From contig JBQLZK010000048.1 of the NCBI GenBank assembly GCA_052168235.1, positions 1-59,749 on the forward strand: 59,749 nt of DNA. The letters are read 5' to 3'. A program made the translations under genes and the position numbers. This stretch comes from Thainema sp. GTDB taxonomy: Bacteria > Cyanobacteriota > Cyanobacteriia > Phormidesmidales > Phormidesmidaceae. Shown in pieces: positions 42,401-49,823 of the stretch; the stretch's first letter is position 1; each line of letters opens with the position of its first letter. The notes beneath the pieces were generated by a model. The model saw nothing but the letters and a program-made list of their open reading frames with translations. It had not been told where the DNA came from and made no database searches.

Positions 42401-43535
42401 TAAAGGAGACGGCCCGCGTGATGATCCGTCCGTCTACTTCCGGCAGCGCCACATTCATAGCCGTATCGCGGGGGGACAAACCCTGAGTTTGCGCCTGCCA
42501 CTGATCGAGCGTGCCGCCGCTGAAGATAGTTTGCAAAACGGGCACGTTCAGCTGTCGCCAGAGATCGAGATTGGGTGATTCGTCCTGAAGCTGAGCGACG
42601 GAAAAGCTAGTGGCGTTGAGTAAAACCTGAATCGGAGCGGCATCCTTGGGCTGGAAGAGCTGTAGCAGTTCGTCCTGTACGTCCAAGTCGCGGGGCGATG
42701 AGACAAAAATCGGCACAGGTTCTAGACCGCGTTCGGTCAGCGCATCGCAGAGGGCATCAACGGGCGCGGTGTTGCCTGCTAAATAGTGGGCGCGGTAGAA
42801 CAGAATGCCGACTTTGGCAGAGGACTTATTCTCCCTAAATTCTTCATCCTTGGAGCTATTGTCCATACACACCTTGGATAGATCCTCAAAATCCCGCACT
42901 GATCCCCCTAAATCCCCCTTAAAAAGGGGGAGCTTTGAGTCAGTTCCCCCCTTTTTAAGGGGGGCTAGGGGGGATCTCTGGGATGAGGGCACATAGCGCC
43001 CCACTTTGGGAATTACCTGGGGCGACGGTGGCTGATAATTGGTTCCCAGGCCCAGATCCGCCAGATACAGCAGCATTGACTGCACATTCTCCAGGCCGCT
43101 CTCGGTGAAGTAGCGCCAGATGCGGTTGGCCTGAGCCAGCGGCACAGTGGAATGGCTGATTAAATCTGGGTCAGGGCGATCGTCCCCAGGCAGTACTACT
43201 AGCTTGGCTCCGGTGCGCGTCACCGTGTCCTTCAAGACTTCTAGGCCGTAGCTCCAGTAGGTGCGCCCACCCAGCAGCCGCAACACGATGATCTGAGCCG
43301 CTTCCAGCACGTCTTCGGCATAGGTGTCAATCGTTAATTGTTGTTGAAGATTGAGCAGACTGGTCGTGCGCAGGGTAGGGAAATCGTCGGGAAGCTGAGA
43401 GAGTGCCCGTGCCAGCAGTTGGATCTCAGTGTCAGCAGCGGTTAAAACTGAGATCGCAGCCGGAGTTTGGTCAATAAAAACGACACCCTCTTGGTCGGGA
43501 TTCCATCCACCGGGAGTTGCGGCAATACGATGCAT
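39459..43535 (-). CDS. cobN: Cobaltochelatase subunit CobN
   Basis: MHRIAATPGGW start, HVGKHGNLEWLPGK, QIRDGLH, LPTGRNFY, DYYQFQGG; two low-complexity insertions. Confidence 0.95.
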   Translation of the reverse strand: MHRIAATPGGWNPDQEGVVFIDQTPAAISVLTAADTEIQLLARALSQLPDDFPTLRTTSLLNLQQQLTIDTYAEDVLEAAQIIVLRLLGGRTYWSYGLEVLKDTVTRTGAKLVVLPGDDRPDPDLISHSTVPLAQANRIWRYFTESGLENVQSMLLYLADLGLGTNYQPPSPQVIPKVGRYVPSSQRSPLAPLKKGGTDSKLPLFKGDLGGSVRDFEDLSKVCMDNSSKDEEFRENKSSAKVGILFYRAHYLAGNTAPVDALCDALTERGLEPVPIFVSSPRDLDVQDELLQLFQPKDAAPIQVLLNATSFSVAQLQDESPNLDLWRQLNVPVLQTIFSGGTLDQWQAQTQGLSPRDTAMNVALPEVDGRIITRAVSFKAVQGRSEALETDIVGYEPLADRVQFVADLALNWVNLRQTPVCDRKIALILANYPTRDGRLANGVGLDTPASCLEILKSLQEAGYTLNADIPTSTADLIQRLTAGVTNDAESRALWQAGRREGQQVAIADYQSYFSQIPQAAQQGICDCWGDAAQYAVQLPAADTPVFPVPGIYLGNVFVGIQPARGYDLDPALNYHAPDLEPPHTYLAFYHWVRHHFGAQAIVHVGKHGNLEWLPGKSIALSESCYPEVALGPLPHLYPFIVNDPGEGSQAKRRAQAVILDHLTPPLTRAELYGPLEQLEQLVDEYYEAQTLDPSRLGLIRDRIFNLVTTEHLIEELSNPTDDPADTATLLTQLDGYLCELKEAQIRDGLHIYGQCPQGRQLRDLIIAIARSPAGGRMGLTRAIAQAWNLDIDPLTQDFGEVLEPSVTLNGALCRTVGDVVEQLEIEAARLVEGLLEENNLQISEYLEPSLRRGEWPFAPTQDLKVNSGGSTLSGNSENRQVAARSPLTPLKKGGTGSGDLGGSLAQELQWIATHLLPALQQTRQEITQLIRGLSGEYVPSGPSGAPTRGRPEVLPTGRNFYSVDIRAIPTESAWSVGRKAAEVLIARYTQEQGEYPKTLGLSVWGTSTMRTGGDDWAEALALLGVQPVWDGPSRRVVDFEILPLSILGRPRVDVTLRISGFFRDAFPNLIDLFDQAVEAVASLDEPADLNPLADRVQQETADWIAQGLNEGQANVRSRFRIFGSKPGAYGAGLQGLIEAQNWTDDEDLARAYINWSSYAYGRQAEGRSAPEAFQQRLQQMQIVLHNQDNREHDLLDSDDYYQFQGGLTAAIRATQGQNPVTYFGDHAQPENPKVRRLQEEIARVYRSRVVNPKWISGVMRHGYKGAFEMAATLDYLFAYDATTHCVADYMYEGLTEAYMLDPHVQEFIQQHNPWALRDMAERLLEAEQRGLWQSAPSDMLEQLRAIAHQAEADIEART
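40828..40984. repeat. Cluster of palindromic repeats inserted in frame in cobN
   Basis: GATCCCCCTAAATCCCC...AAGGGGGGTTAGGGGGGATC (40828-40885), a degenerate half copy at 40927-40950, and the 28-bp REP at 40957-40984. Confidence 0.8.
42901..42976. repeat. GATC-bounded C/G-run palindromic repeat inserted in frame in cobN
   Basis: GATCCCCCTAAATCCCCCTTAAAAAGGGGGAGCT...AGTTCCCCCCTTTTTAAGGGGGGCTAGGGGGGATC; encodes SPLAPLKKGG...LFKGDLGGS. Confidence 0.82.
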
Positions 43536-43775
43536 TGAGGTTTCCTTAACAAATTCGATAGTGGCGGCTCAGTAAAAGTGAAGGAACGCTGATCTTCTCT
43601 TAGATCTAGAAAACGGGCAAGATAACATGAGATCTTAGTTTGATTTCAGATATTCCTCCCTGGCTTCAAGTCAGAGATTTTTATAACATCTACGCCTTAA
43701 AGTATTTGCTTTTATTCACGTTTAATCAGACGCCCTATGCAATCAGTCGTGATGTGTTGCCATCCTTTCTAAATC

Positions 43776-46298
43776 ATGCCTAATTCTTCCGCGTCAACAC
43801 TTTATCGGGTTTTGCCGCAGGCTGTATTGCGTCAGGTGCAACAGCTTCTGGTGCAAATGCAAAGCGAAATCGATGCATCCTGTTTGGTCACCCCGCAAGA
43901 TGTGCGATCGCAGTTTGCTCTGACCGGCCAGCCAACCGATCAAGCGGATCATCAGAATCAGTCGTTTTTGCTGTTGCTATCCCCCCAATTTCGCATCCTG
44001 TTGCAGTGGGGTGTAGCAGCTCATTCAGATCAGACTCAGGCGGATCAATCTCAAGCTGACGCAGATCAATCGAATAACCAGACTCGCTATCCGGTTTCGC
44101 TAATATTCGATCCAGGTGCGATCGCGCAGTTTGTGACCGACATCGTGCAGCAAACTCAGCTCTCGTCGGATACGGAATTGGGGCAACAGCTCATACCGCA
44201 TCAACAAGCCGAAGAGCCCAACGATCCGACGCTCCAGAGTGATTTTACACTGCGGCTTTTGGCTGAGCTGGAATCGGCCCCTGCCAGTGCGCCCGCCGCC
44301 GCTGTCAACGGGTCACATGAATCAATTGACCTCAACGAGTGGAATGACCCTCCTCTAGCCTGCCGCCCCTACCAGATTGCCTTAATGAAGGAAATCGAGC
44401 AGGGACTACTGCTGGGCCGAGTCGCGAATCAAATTCGCCAGAGCCTAGACTTGAACGAGATTCTACAAACGGCAGTTGAGCAGGTACGGCAACTGCTCCA
44501 GGTGGATCGGCTGGTCATTTACCAGCTCGATTTGAGCGACCAATCTATTTCCTGGGCGACAACCCCAACCCAGCCATCGCCGCAGAACTCATCACAAATC
44601 GATCAGATCTCACGCAATGGCGCAGCGCTTAAGCCTGCTGCATCTGTTGCGAAACAGGCGGGCGCTAAACAGACAGAACAAAGCAGTTCCTCGGCCCAAA
44701 TTGACATTCGCCACGCCGAAAAAACCGGATACGTGGCCTATGAATCCAAGGCTTCTGAGCAAATTGTCTCCGTGCTAAACGTCACGGAGCAGCGCTGCTT
44801 TCTCGATATTCATGCCCAACAGGCGAAATATCAGGTTGGACAAGTAACCGCCATCGCCGATATCGAAACAGCCTATGCCAAATTGCCCTGTCTGCGCAAT
44901 TTTCTGCGGCAGGCCCAAATTCGCTCCAAGCTGATTGCCCCAATTGTTGTGCAGGAGCATCTTTGGGGGTTAGTAATTGCCCATCAGTGCTTTGAACAGC
45001 GGCAGTGGACGCCCCAGGAAGAAACCTTCATGCAGTTGGTTGCCGATCAGCTTGCGATCGCAATTCGCCAAGCTCGCCTCTACTCCCAACTTCAGCAGCA
45101 GAAGCAGACTTTGGAACAGCGGGTAATTGAACGGACGCAAGATCTGCATGATGCCCTCTTGGCCGCCCAAGCTGCCGATGCCGCCAAAAGTGAGTTCCTG
45201 GCCACCATGAGTCACGAGTTACGCACGCCGCTCACCTGCGTCATCGGCATGTCCGCGACCCTATTGCGCTGGTCATTTGGTGAACTCAACCCCCGGCAGC
45301 GCAGCTACATTCAAACCATTCACGACAGCGGTGAACGGCTGCTGGACTTAATTAATGACATTCTGGATATGTCTCAAATTGAGGCCGGTCGGATCATTTT
45401 AGATATTCAACAGTGCTCAGTTACGGCATTGGTTTCGCGAGTCATGCAGTCCGTGCAAAACCAGGCCGAACGCAATCAGGTGCAGCTAGAGTGCAATCTC
45501 AACCTCAAGCCTGAGCAAGATTCATTTTCTGCCGATCCGCGTCGTCTACAGCAAATTCTGCTCAACCTGCTGACCAACGCGATTAAGTTTACGCCGGCGG
45601 AAGGAACGGTCAACCTCAAGGTGCGTTTAGAGAAAGAAGCAGCCATTTTCCAGGTCGAAGACACGGGAATTGGCATTTCGGCAGAGCAACAACCCTTTCT
45701 CTTTCGCAAATTTCAGCAGCTTGATTCCTCCCGCCAACGTAGCTATGAGGGAACTGGACTGGGCCTGGCCTTGACCAAGCAGCTAGTCGATTTACATGGC
45801 GGCAGTCTGGATGTGAAATCTCAAGTGGGAGTTGGCTCCGTCTTTACCGTGCGCATTCCCACCCAACCCTACAGCACAACGACTAAAGCCGCCAATAGTA
45901 GTCCCGAAGTGCTGCCGCTGACGCAGCGCGTCCTGCTGTTCGAAGAGGATGAAGATGCCGCCAATATTATCTGCGACATGCTAATGGCGGCGGGACATCA
46001 GGTGATCTGGATGATGGATGGCGACGCAGCGGTCGAGCAGGTGAAGCTGATGGAACCAGCATTGGTTATGGTCGGCATGGATCTCGCCAACATCGATCGC
46101 TGTCAGCTCATCCGCCAGTTTCGCGAGACAGCCAATCATTCTCCCCTCAAGATACTGGCCATTATGGCCGATGGGTCAACCGACCTTTGCCAACAGTGCC
46201 TGAATGCGGGGGCTGACGACTGCATTGTCAAGCCCGTTCGGCCCAGACGACTGCTGGAGAAAATCGATAAGCTTTTCTACTCAGCGCCCGTTACCTAA
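43776..46298 (+). CDS. cikA: Circadian input kinase CikA (GAF-HK-pseudo-receiver)
   Basis: GAF domain, H-box MSHELRTPLTCVIGMSATLLRW, HATPase, receiver with LVMVGM where the phospho-Asp is expected. Confidence 0.85.
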   Translation: MPNSSASTLYRVLPQAVLRQVQQLLVQMQSEIDASCLVTPQDVRSQFALTGQPTDQADHQNQSFLLLLSPQFRILLQWGVAAHSDQTQADQSQADADQSNNQTRYPVSLIFDPGAIAQFVTDIVQQTQLSSDTELGQQLIPHQQAEEPNDPTLQSDFTLRLLAELESAPASAPAAAVNGSHESIDLNEWNDPPLACRPYQIALMKEIEQGLLLGRVANQIRQSLDLNEILQTAVEQVRQLLQVDRLVIYQLDLSDQSISWATTPTQPSPQNSSQIDQISRNGAALKPAASVAKQAGAKQTEQSSSSAQIDIRHAEKTGYVAYESKASEQIVSVLNVTEQRCFLDIHAQQAKYQVGQVTAIADIETAYAKLPCLRNFLRQAQIRSKLIAPIVVQEHLWGLVIAHQCFEQRQWTPQEETFMQLVADQLAIAIRQARLYSQLQQQKQTLEQRVIERTQDLHDALLAAQAADAAKSEFLATMSHELRTPLTCVIGMSATLLRWSFGELNPRQRSYIQTIHDSGERLLDLINDILDMSQIEAGRIILDIQQCSVTALVSRVMQSVQNQAERNQVQLECNLNLKPEQDSFSADPRRLQQILLNLLTNAIKFTPAEGTVNLKVRLEKEAAIFQVEDTGIGISAEQQPFLFRKFQQLDSSRQRSYEGTGLGLALTKQLVDLHGGSLDVKSQVGVGSVFTVRIPTQPYSTTTKAANSSPEVLPLTQRVLLFEEDEDAANIICDMLMAAGHQVIWMMDGDAAVEQVKLMEPALVMVGMDLANIDRCQLIRQFRETANHSPLKILAIMADGSTDLCQQCLNAGADDCIVKPVRPRRLLEKIDKLFYSAPVT

Positions 46299-46503
46299 AT
46301 CAAATCCAGAATTGGTCAATGGCTCTGCAATATGAATATGGCGCATAAATATGGCGCATAAATATGGGGTATCAACCTCTTTGGGATTTTGACGTAACGT
46401 GCTTTTTGCGATCGCACATTTCAGCGTTCTCATCCATGTATTTGATGGATGTAACAGGCAATACTTACACTAAGTGAGATCATCCGTCTCAGCGTATGAC
46501 CAT

Positions 46504-46593
46504 TAGACTTTATCGGAAATTGTTTTGTAGCGCGGCGGAGCCACGCTACAAAACAATTTCTAACCCCAAAAACTTTATTTCCAATAAAGTCTA
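46504..46593. mobile_element. 90-bp MITE-like element, shell family 2, copy 2
   Basis: Differs from 26777-26866 at 3 of 90 positions. Confidence 0.82.
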
Positions 46594-46655
46594 TTCATTC
46601 AGTCTAATCCAGTGAATTCAATGCCTACCCCTTTGCTCAGAGAGCCAATTAGTTT

Positions 46656-47372
46656 ATGACGGATATGACGGAAGCCGCATCATCTCAAGCTGCCATTAAA
46701 GACCTACAGGGCGGTTTGGTGGTGTCCTGCCAAGCCCCCGTAGGTTCACCTCTGCATCAGCCAGAGGTTATTGCTGCGATCGCACAGGCGGCAGACAATC
46801 AAGGTGCGGTTGGGGTACGTATTGACTCACCCGATCATATTCGCGCCGTCAAAATGAACGTTTCAGTGCCGATTATCGGCCTCTGGAAACAGGTCATTCC
46901 TGATTATGAGGTATATATCACCCCCCAGTTCCACCACGCTCAAGCCGTAGCTGAAGCCGGAGCAGACATTATCGCAATCGATGCCACGCTGCGCGATCGG
47001 CCCGCAGGCGAAACGGTGCCGGGGCTGATTCGGCGAATTCATGAGGAGCTGGGTAAACCCGTCATGGCCGATGTGGATAGTCTGGAAGCTGCGATCGCAG
47101 CTGCAGAAGCGGGAGCCGATCTGGTCGGCACGACACTGTTCGGCTATACGGCCAATACCCAAATGGAAAAGCCGCCCGGATTTGACCTGCTAGCACATAT
47201 GGTGCAGCGGCTGTCTGTCCCCGCCATCTGCGAAGGCGGCATCGCTTCCCCAGAAATGGCCCGCTATGCCCTCGATCTGGGAGCCTATGCCGTCGTTGTG
47301 GGCACAGCGATTACTGGCATCGATGCGCAAGTGCGCAACTATTGCGATGCGATTGTGCAGATTACGCTTTAA
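46656..47372 (+). CDS. nanE: N-acetylmannosamine-6-phosphate 2-epimerase
   Basis: LVVSCQA, PIIGLWK, VYITP, DIIAIDAT, GTTLFGYT, EGGI. Confidence 0.92.
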   Translation: MTDMTEAASSQAAIKDLQGGLVVSCQAPVGSPLHQPEVIAAIAQAADNQGAVGVRIDSPDHIRAVKMNVSVPIIGLWKQVIPDYEVYITPQFHHAQAVAEAGADIIAIDATLRDRPAGETVPGLIRRIHEELGKPVMADVDSLEAAIAAAEAGADLVGTTLFGYTANTQMEKPPGFDLLAHMVQRLSVPAICEGGIASPEMARYALDLGAYAVVVGTAITGIDAQVRNYCDAIVQITL

Positions 47373-47402
47373 ATCAGCGTACATTTGACCAGCGGCCAAT
47401 CC

Positions 47403-48404
47403 TCAACCTGTACGTTGAGGAATATAGGCTCCTGCCCAAGCTTTCCACAAGGTTTGGCTGATGGTGGTTAGAGTCGTAGAGGAAGGCGGAAACGTCAGCG
47501 CCTTCACCGCTGTGTGCCAACTCGCAGGAATGCTCAGAGGAGCAGCAATACCCAGTACGATGCCCGTCAGTGCGATCGCAGATTGAGAGTGGGGCTGTAG
47601 CAAATGGGCACAGCGCAGCGCCTGCGTAAAATCATAGGCAAAATGGGTGAGAACATACAGCGCAGTTGCGATCGGGTGCAGTTCAACGGGCAGTGACTGC
47701 ATCAGAGAACGCGCCACCATCACAGTTGGCGCTTGGCTCACCACGGCGACTAGCTGCTCATCGTGGAACTGAGATTGTTGCAATTGAGGATTCTGCAGCC
47801 CATTCACGACCCAGTCCAGATCGCTGCGGATCTGGTTCAATAACGGATTCACTGCCGTTGGCGGACTGTAGCCGCAACGGGATGAAGCAAGGGGATGAGC
47901 AAGCAAGTAACGTAGGGTCAGTGCCGTTAATGTCAGAGACAAGGCTGCATCTGAACCGGCATCCGCAGCCTGAATTTGCTGAGCAATATATGCGATCGCA
48001 GCGGGTCGATCTGAAACCAGCAGCCAGAGGGGCAACAGCGTAACGGCCTGCTCGGTGAACACAGCGGATTTGGGTTCTGCAGACCGCACATACTTGGTCT
48101 GGATATCCAGCCACGACAGTCCCGGCTGACGGGGATGCAGGCTGTCGATCAGGTGCTGACCCAGCCGTACTGCTTGAGCCGTGAGCGGCAGATGAGCGCT
48201 ACAATCAGACGCTAGCGGTTGACTCAGTGCCGAACTGGGCCTGGGAGCAACCCACCGTTTAGCAGGAACGCTGGAACTGGATGTGTCCCAATCCGATTGC
48301 CCCGCTATCATGGCTTCTGCGATCGCAAGTCCCAACCAGGCACCCTGAAACTGCCGCTGTGTCCAATTGTGTCCGCTCTGTTGTGTCATCATAAAGATTT
48401 TCAT
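47403..48404 (-). CDS. Degenerate ADP-ribosylglycohydrolase-like protein
   Basis: FQGAWLGLAIAEA N-terminus and ALTGIVLG...SIPASW C-terminus; acidic catalytic motifs not visible. Confidence 0.55.
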   Translation of the reverse strand: MKIFMMTQQSGHNWTQRQFQGAWLGLAIAEAMIAGQSDWDTSSSSVPAKRWVAPRPSSALSQPLASDCSAHLPLTAQAVRLGQHLIDSLHPRQPGLSWLDIQTKYVRSAEPKSAVFTEQAVTLLPLWLLVSDRPAAIAYIAQQIQAADAGSDAALSLTLTALTLRYLLAHPLASSRCGYSPPTAVNPLLNQIRSDLDWVVNGLQNPQLQQSQFHDEQLVAVVSQAPTVMVARSLMQSLPVELHPIATALYVLTHFAYDFTQALRCAHLLQPHSQSAIALTGIVLGIAAPLSIPASWHTAVKALTFPPSSTTLTTISQTLWKAWAGAYIPQRTG

Positions 48405-48522
48405 GATTTTTGCGAGTTTTATCCCTCAATGGCGTAAACCCGGTAGAGGACAAACCCAAGTTTAGGTGATCCGTTCAGTCAAAATTTGGGGTTGATATTT
48501 GTTTGGAGGAAGGGGAATCGCG

Positions 48523-49578
48523 ATGCATCAAAAACGGTACTCAACACCTACACCCGTAACTGCGCCAGCATCTGTATCAGAAACTAGATCAGAATCAAAA
48601 ACTGCACCAGAAACTGCGATCGCGCCTCTAGTTGGGCGTCTGTTTCTCATTAGCAGTTTAATCGGCGGCGGTTTCAGTCTATACCCATTGCTGCCCGCAA
48701 TGGCCCAAACGGCGACCCAAACAATGGCCCAAACTGCCGATGAATCGGCAGATGCCGACGACACGGCTCCAGCCGCTGCTGAATCCTCCGAATCCGACAC
48801 CACGACCGAATCATCCGAATCATCGGAGAATGCTCCCGCTAATGACCGACGTTCACCGCTTTCCACCGCTCGCCCCAATCTGCGCGTGGGCAGCGAGGGG
48901 CAGGCTGTTGCCGAACTCCAGGCATTGCTGAAGCTCCTAGGCTACTACACAGGAGCCGTGGATGGTCTCTACAGCGAAGAAACGGCCCGCGCCGTTTCCG
49001 CCTTTCAAACCGCTGCCGGATTAGCAACAGACGGCGTAGTTGGCCCTGCCACCTGGGGCACACTGCTGCCTGCTGCTCCAGTTGCTTCCCCTACAGCGGC
49101 TAACCAAACGCCGGACTCTGCAGCAGTTACGGTGACTGATTTTCCCAGGCCCGTCCTGACGCCGGGTGAGTTAGCCAGCGGCGCGTCCTCTACTACTGAG
49201 ACGGCGACCGATAGCGCAACCTCCAATTCCACGACCAATCCAGCCGCACCCTCTACACCTGCAGCAGCCACTGATTCCGATCCAGCACCAGATACACCTG
49301 CCGCTGAATCGGCTGAAACGGAGTCAACGGAAACGGCCAGTTTGCCTACCGATGACAGCGATCCGGCGGCCTTCCCGACCCTGCGCCTTGGGGCATCCGG
49401 GCCCGCTGTAGAACGGCTCCAGGAACGGCTCCAAAGTTTGGGGCATTATCAAGGCGCAATTGATGGCATTTTTGGCGAGCGCACGCAAGAAGCGGTGAGA
49501 GCCGCCCAGCAAAGTAATCAACTGAGTGTTGATGGGGTAGTTGGCCCTGCCACCTGGGAAGTCTTGCTCGATCGCTAG
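48523..49578 (+). CDS. Exported protein with two peptidoglycan-binding domains
   Basis: Two LRxGxxG.AV..LQ..L..LG.Y.G..DG.....T..AV...Q....L..DGVVGPATW units with S/T/P-rich linkers. Confidence 0.88.
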   Translation: MHQKRYSTPTPVTAPASVSETRSESKTAPETAIAPLVGRLFLISSLIGGGFSLYPLLPAMAQTATQTMAQTADESADADDTAPAAAESSESDTTTESSESSENAPANDRRSPLSTARPNLRVGSEGQAVAELQALLKLLGYYTGAVDGLYSEETARAVSAFQTAAGLATDGVVGPATWGTLLPAAPVASPTAANQTPDSAAVTVTDFPRPVLTPGELASGASSTTETATDSATSNSTTNPAAPSTPAAATDSDPAPDTPAAESAETESTETASLPTDDSDPAAFPTLRLGASGPAVERLQERLQSLGHYQGAIDGIFGERTQEAVRAAQQSNQLSVDGVVGPATWEVLLDR

Positions 49579-49604
49579 GGACACGGCAATGCCGCGTCCC
49601 TAGC
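49574..49604. repeat. REP-like palindrome overlapping the stop codon
   Basis: GCTAGGGACACGGC-AAT-GCCGCGTCCCTAGC. Confidence 0.7.
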
Positions 49605-49620
49605 CCAAAGATCTCACCTT

Positions 49621-49719
49621 ATATCGCGTCCGCGTATAAAAACCCAGTTATTTTGTCTGAAGCGCTTGCTTCACAAGCGCTTCAGACAAAATAACTGGGT
49701 TTTCAGCCGAACTGAATAT
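49621..49719 (-). mobile_element. MITE-like element, shell family 1, copy D
   Basis: ATATCGCGTCCGCGTATAAAAACCC ... GGGTTTTCAGCCGAACTGAATAT; 30-bp perfect arms at 49639-49668 and 49674-49703. Confidence 0.68.
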
Positions 49720-49754
49720 TATTAAATCCGCGTTTCTAAGCTTGCCGATCGTCC

Positions 49755-49816
49755 GGTGGGCGATGCCCATCAGCCTCAACTCAGCGCTATTGCACGTCCG
49801 ATGGACATCGCCCACC
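49755..49816. repeat. REP-like inverted pair with spacer
   Basis: GGTGGGCGATGCCCATC ... GATGGACATCGCCCACC. Confidence 0.65.
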
Positions 49817-49823
49817 AGATAGG

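Noticed and set aside
39459..43535. Intein in the long CobN
   Set aside because: No Cys/Ser...His-Asn splice motifs or homing endonuclease blocks; the extra length is explained by repeat-derived inserts.
43536..43775. Cobalamin riboswitch upstream of cobN
   Set aside because: No recognisable B12-box or GGGAA/GCCACTG core; an Infernal search would be needed to exclude it fully.
46451..46464. GTA-N8-TAC (GTAACAGGCAATAC) upstream of nanE as an NtcA site
   Set aside because: No TAN3T box at the expected spacing on either strand; a 6-bp match occurs often by chance.
65..49719. Palindromic elements as CRISPR repeats or integron attC sites
   Set aside because: They are dispersed single copies with no repeat-spacer periodicity, no cas or integrase genes nearby, and no consistent RYYYAAC/GTTRRRY ends.
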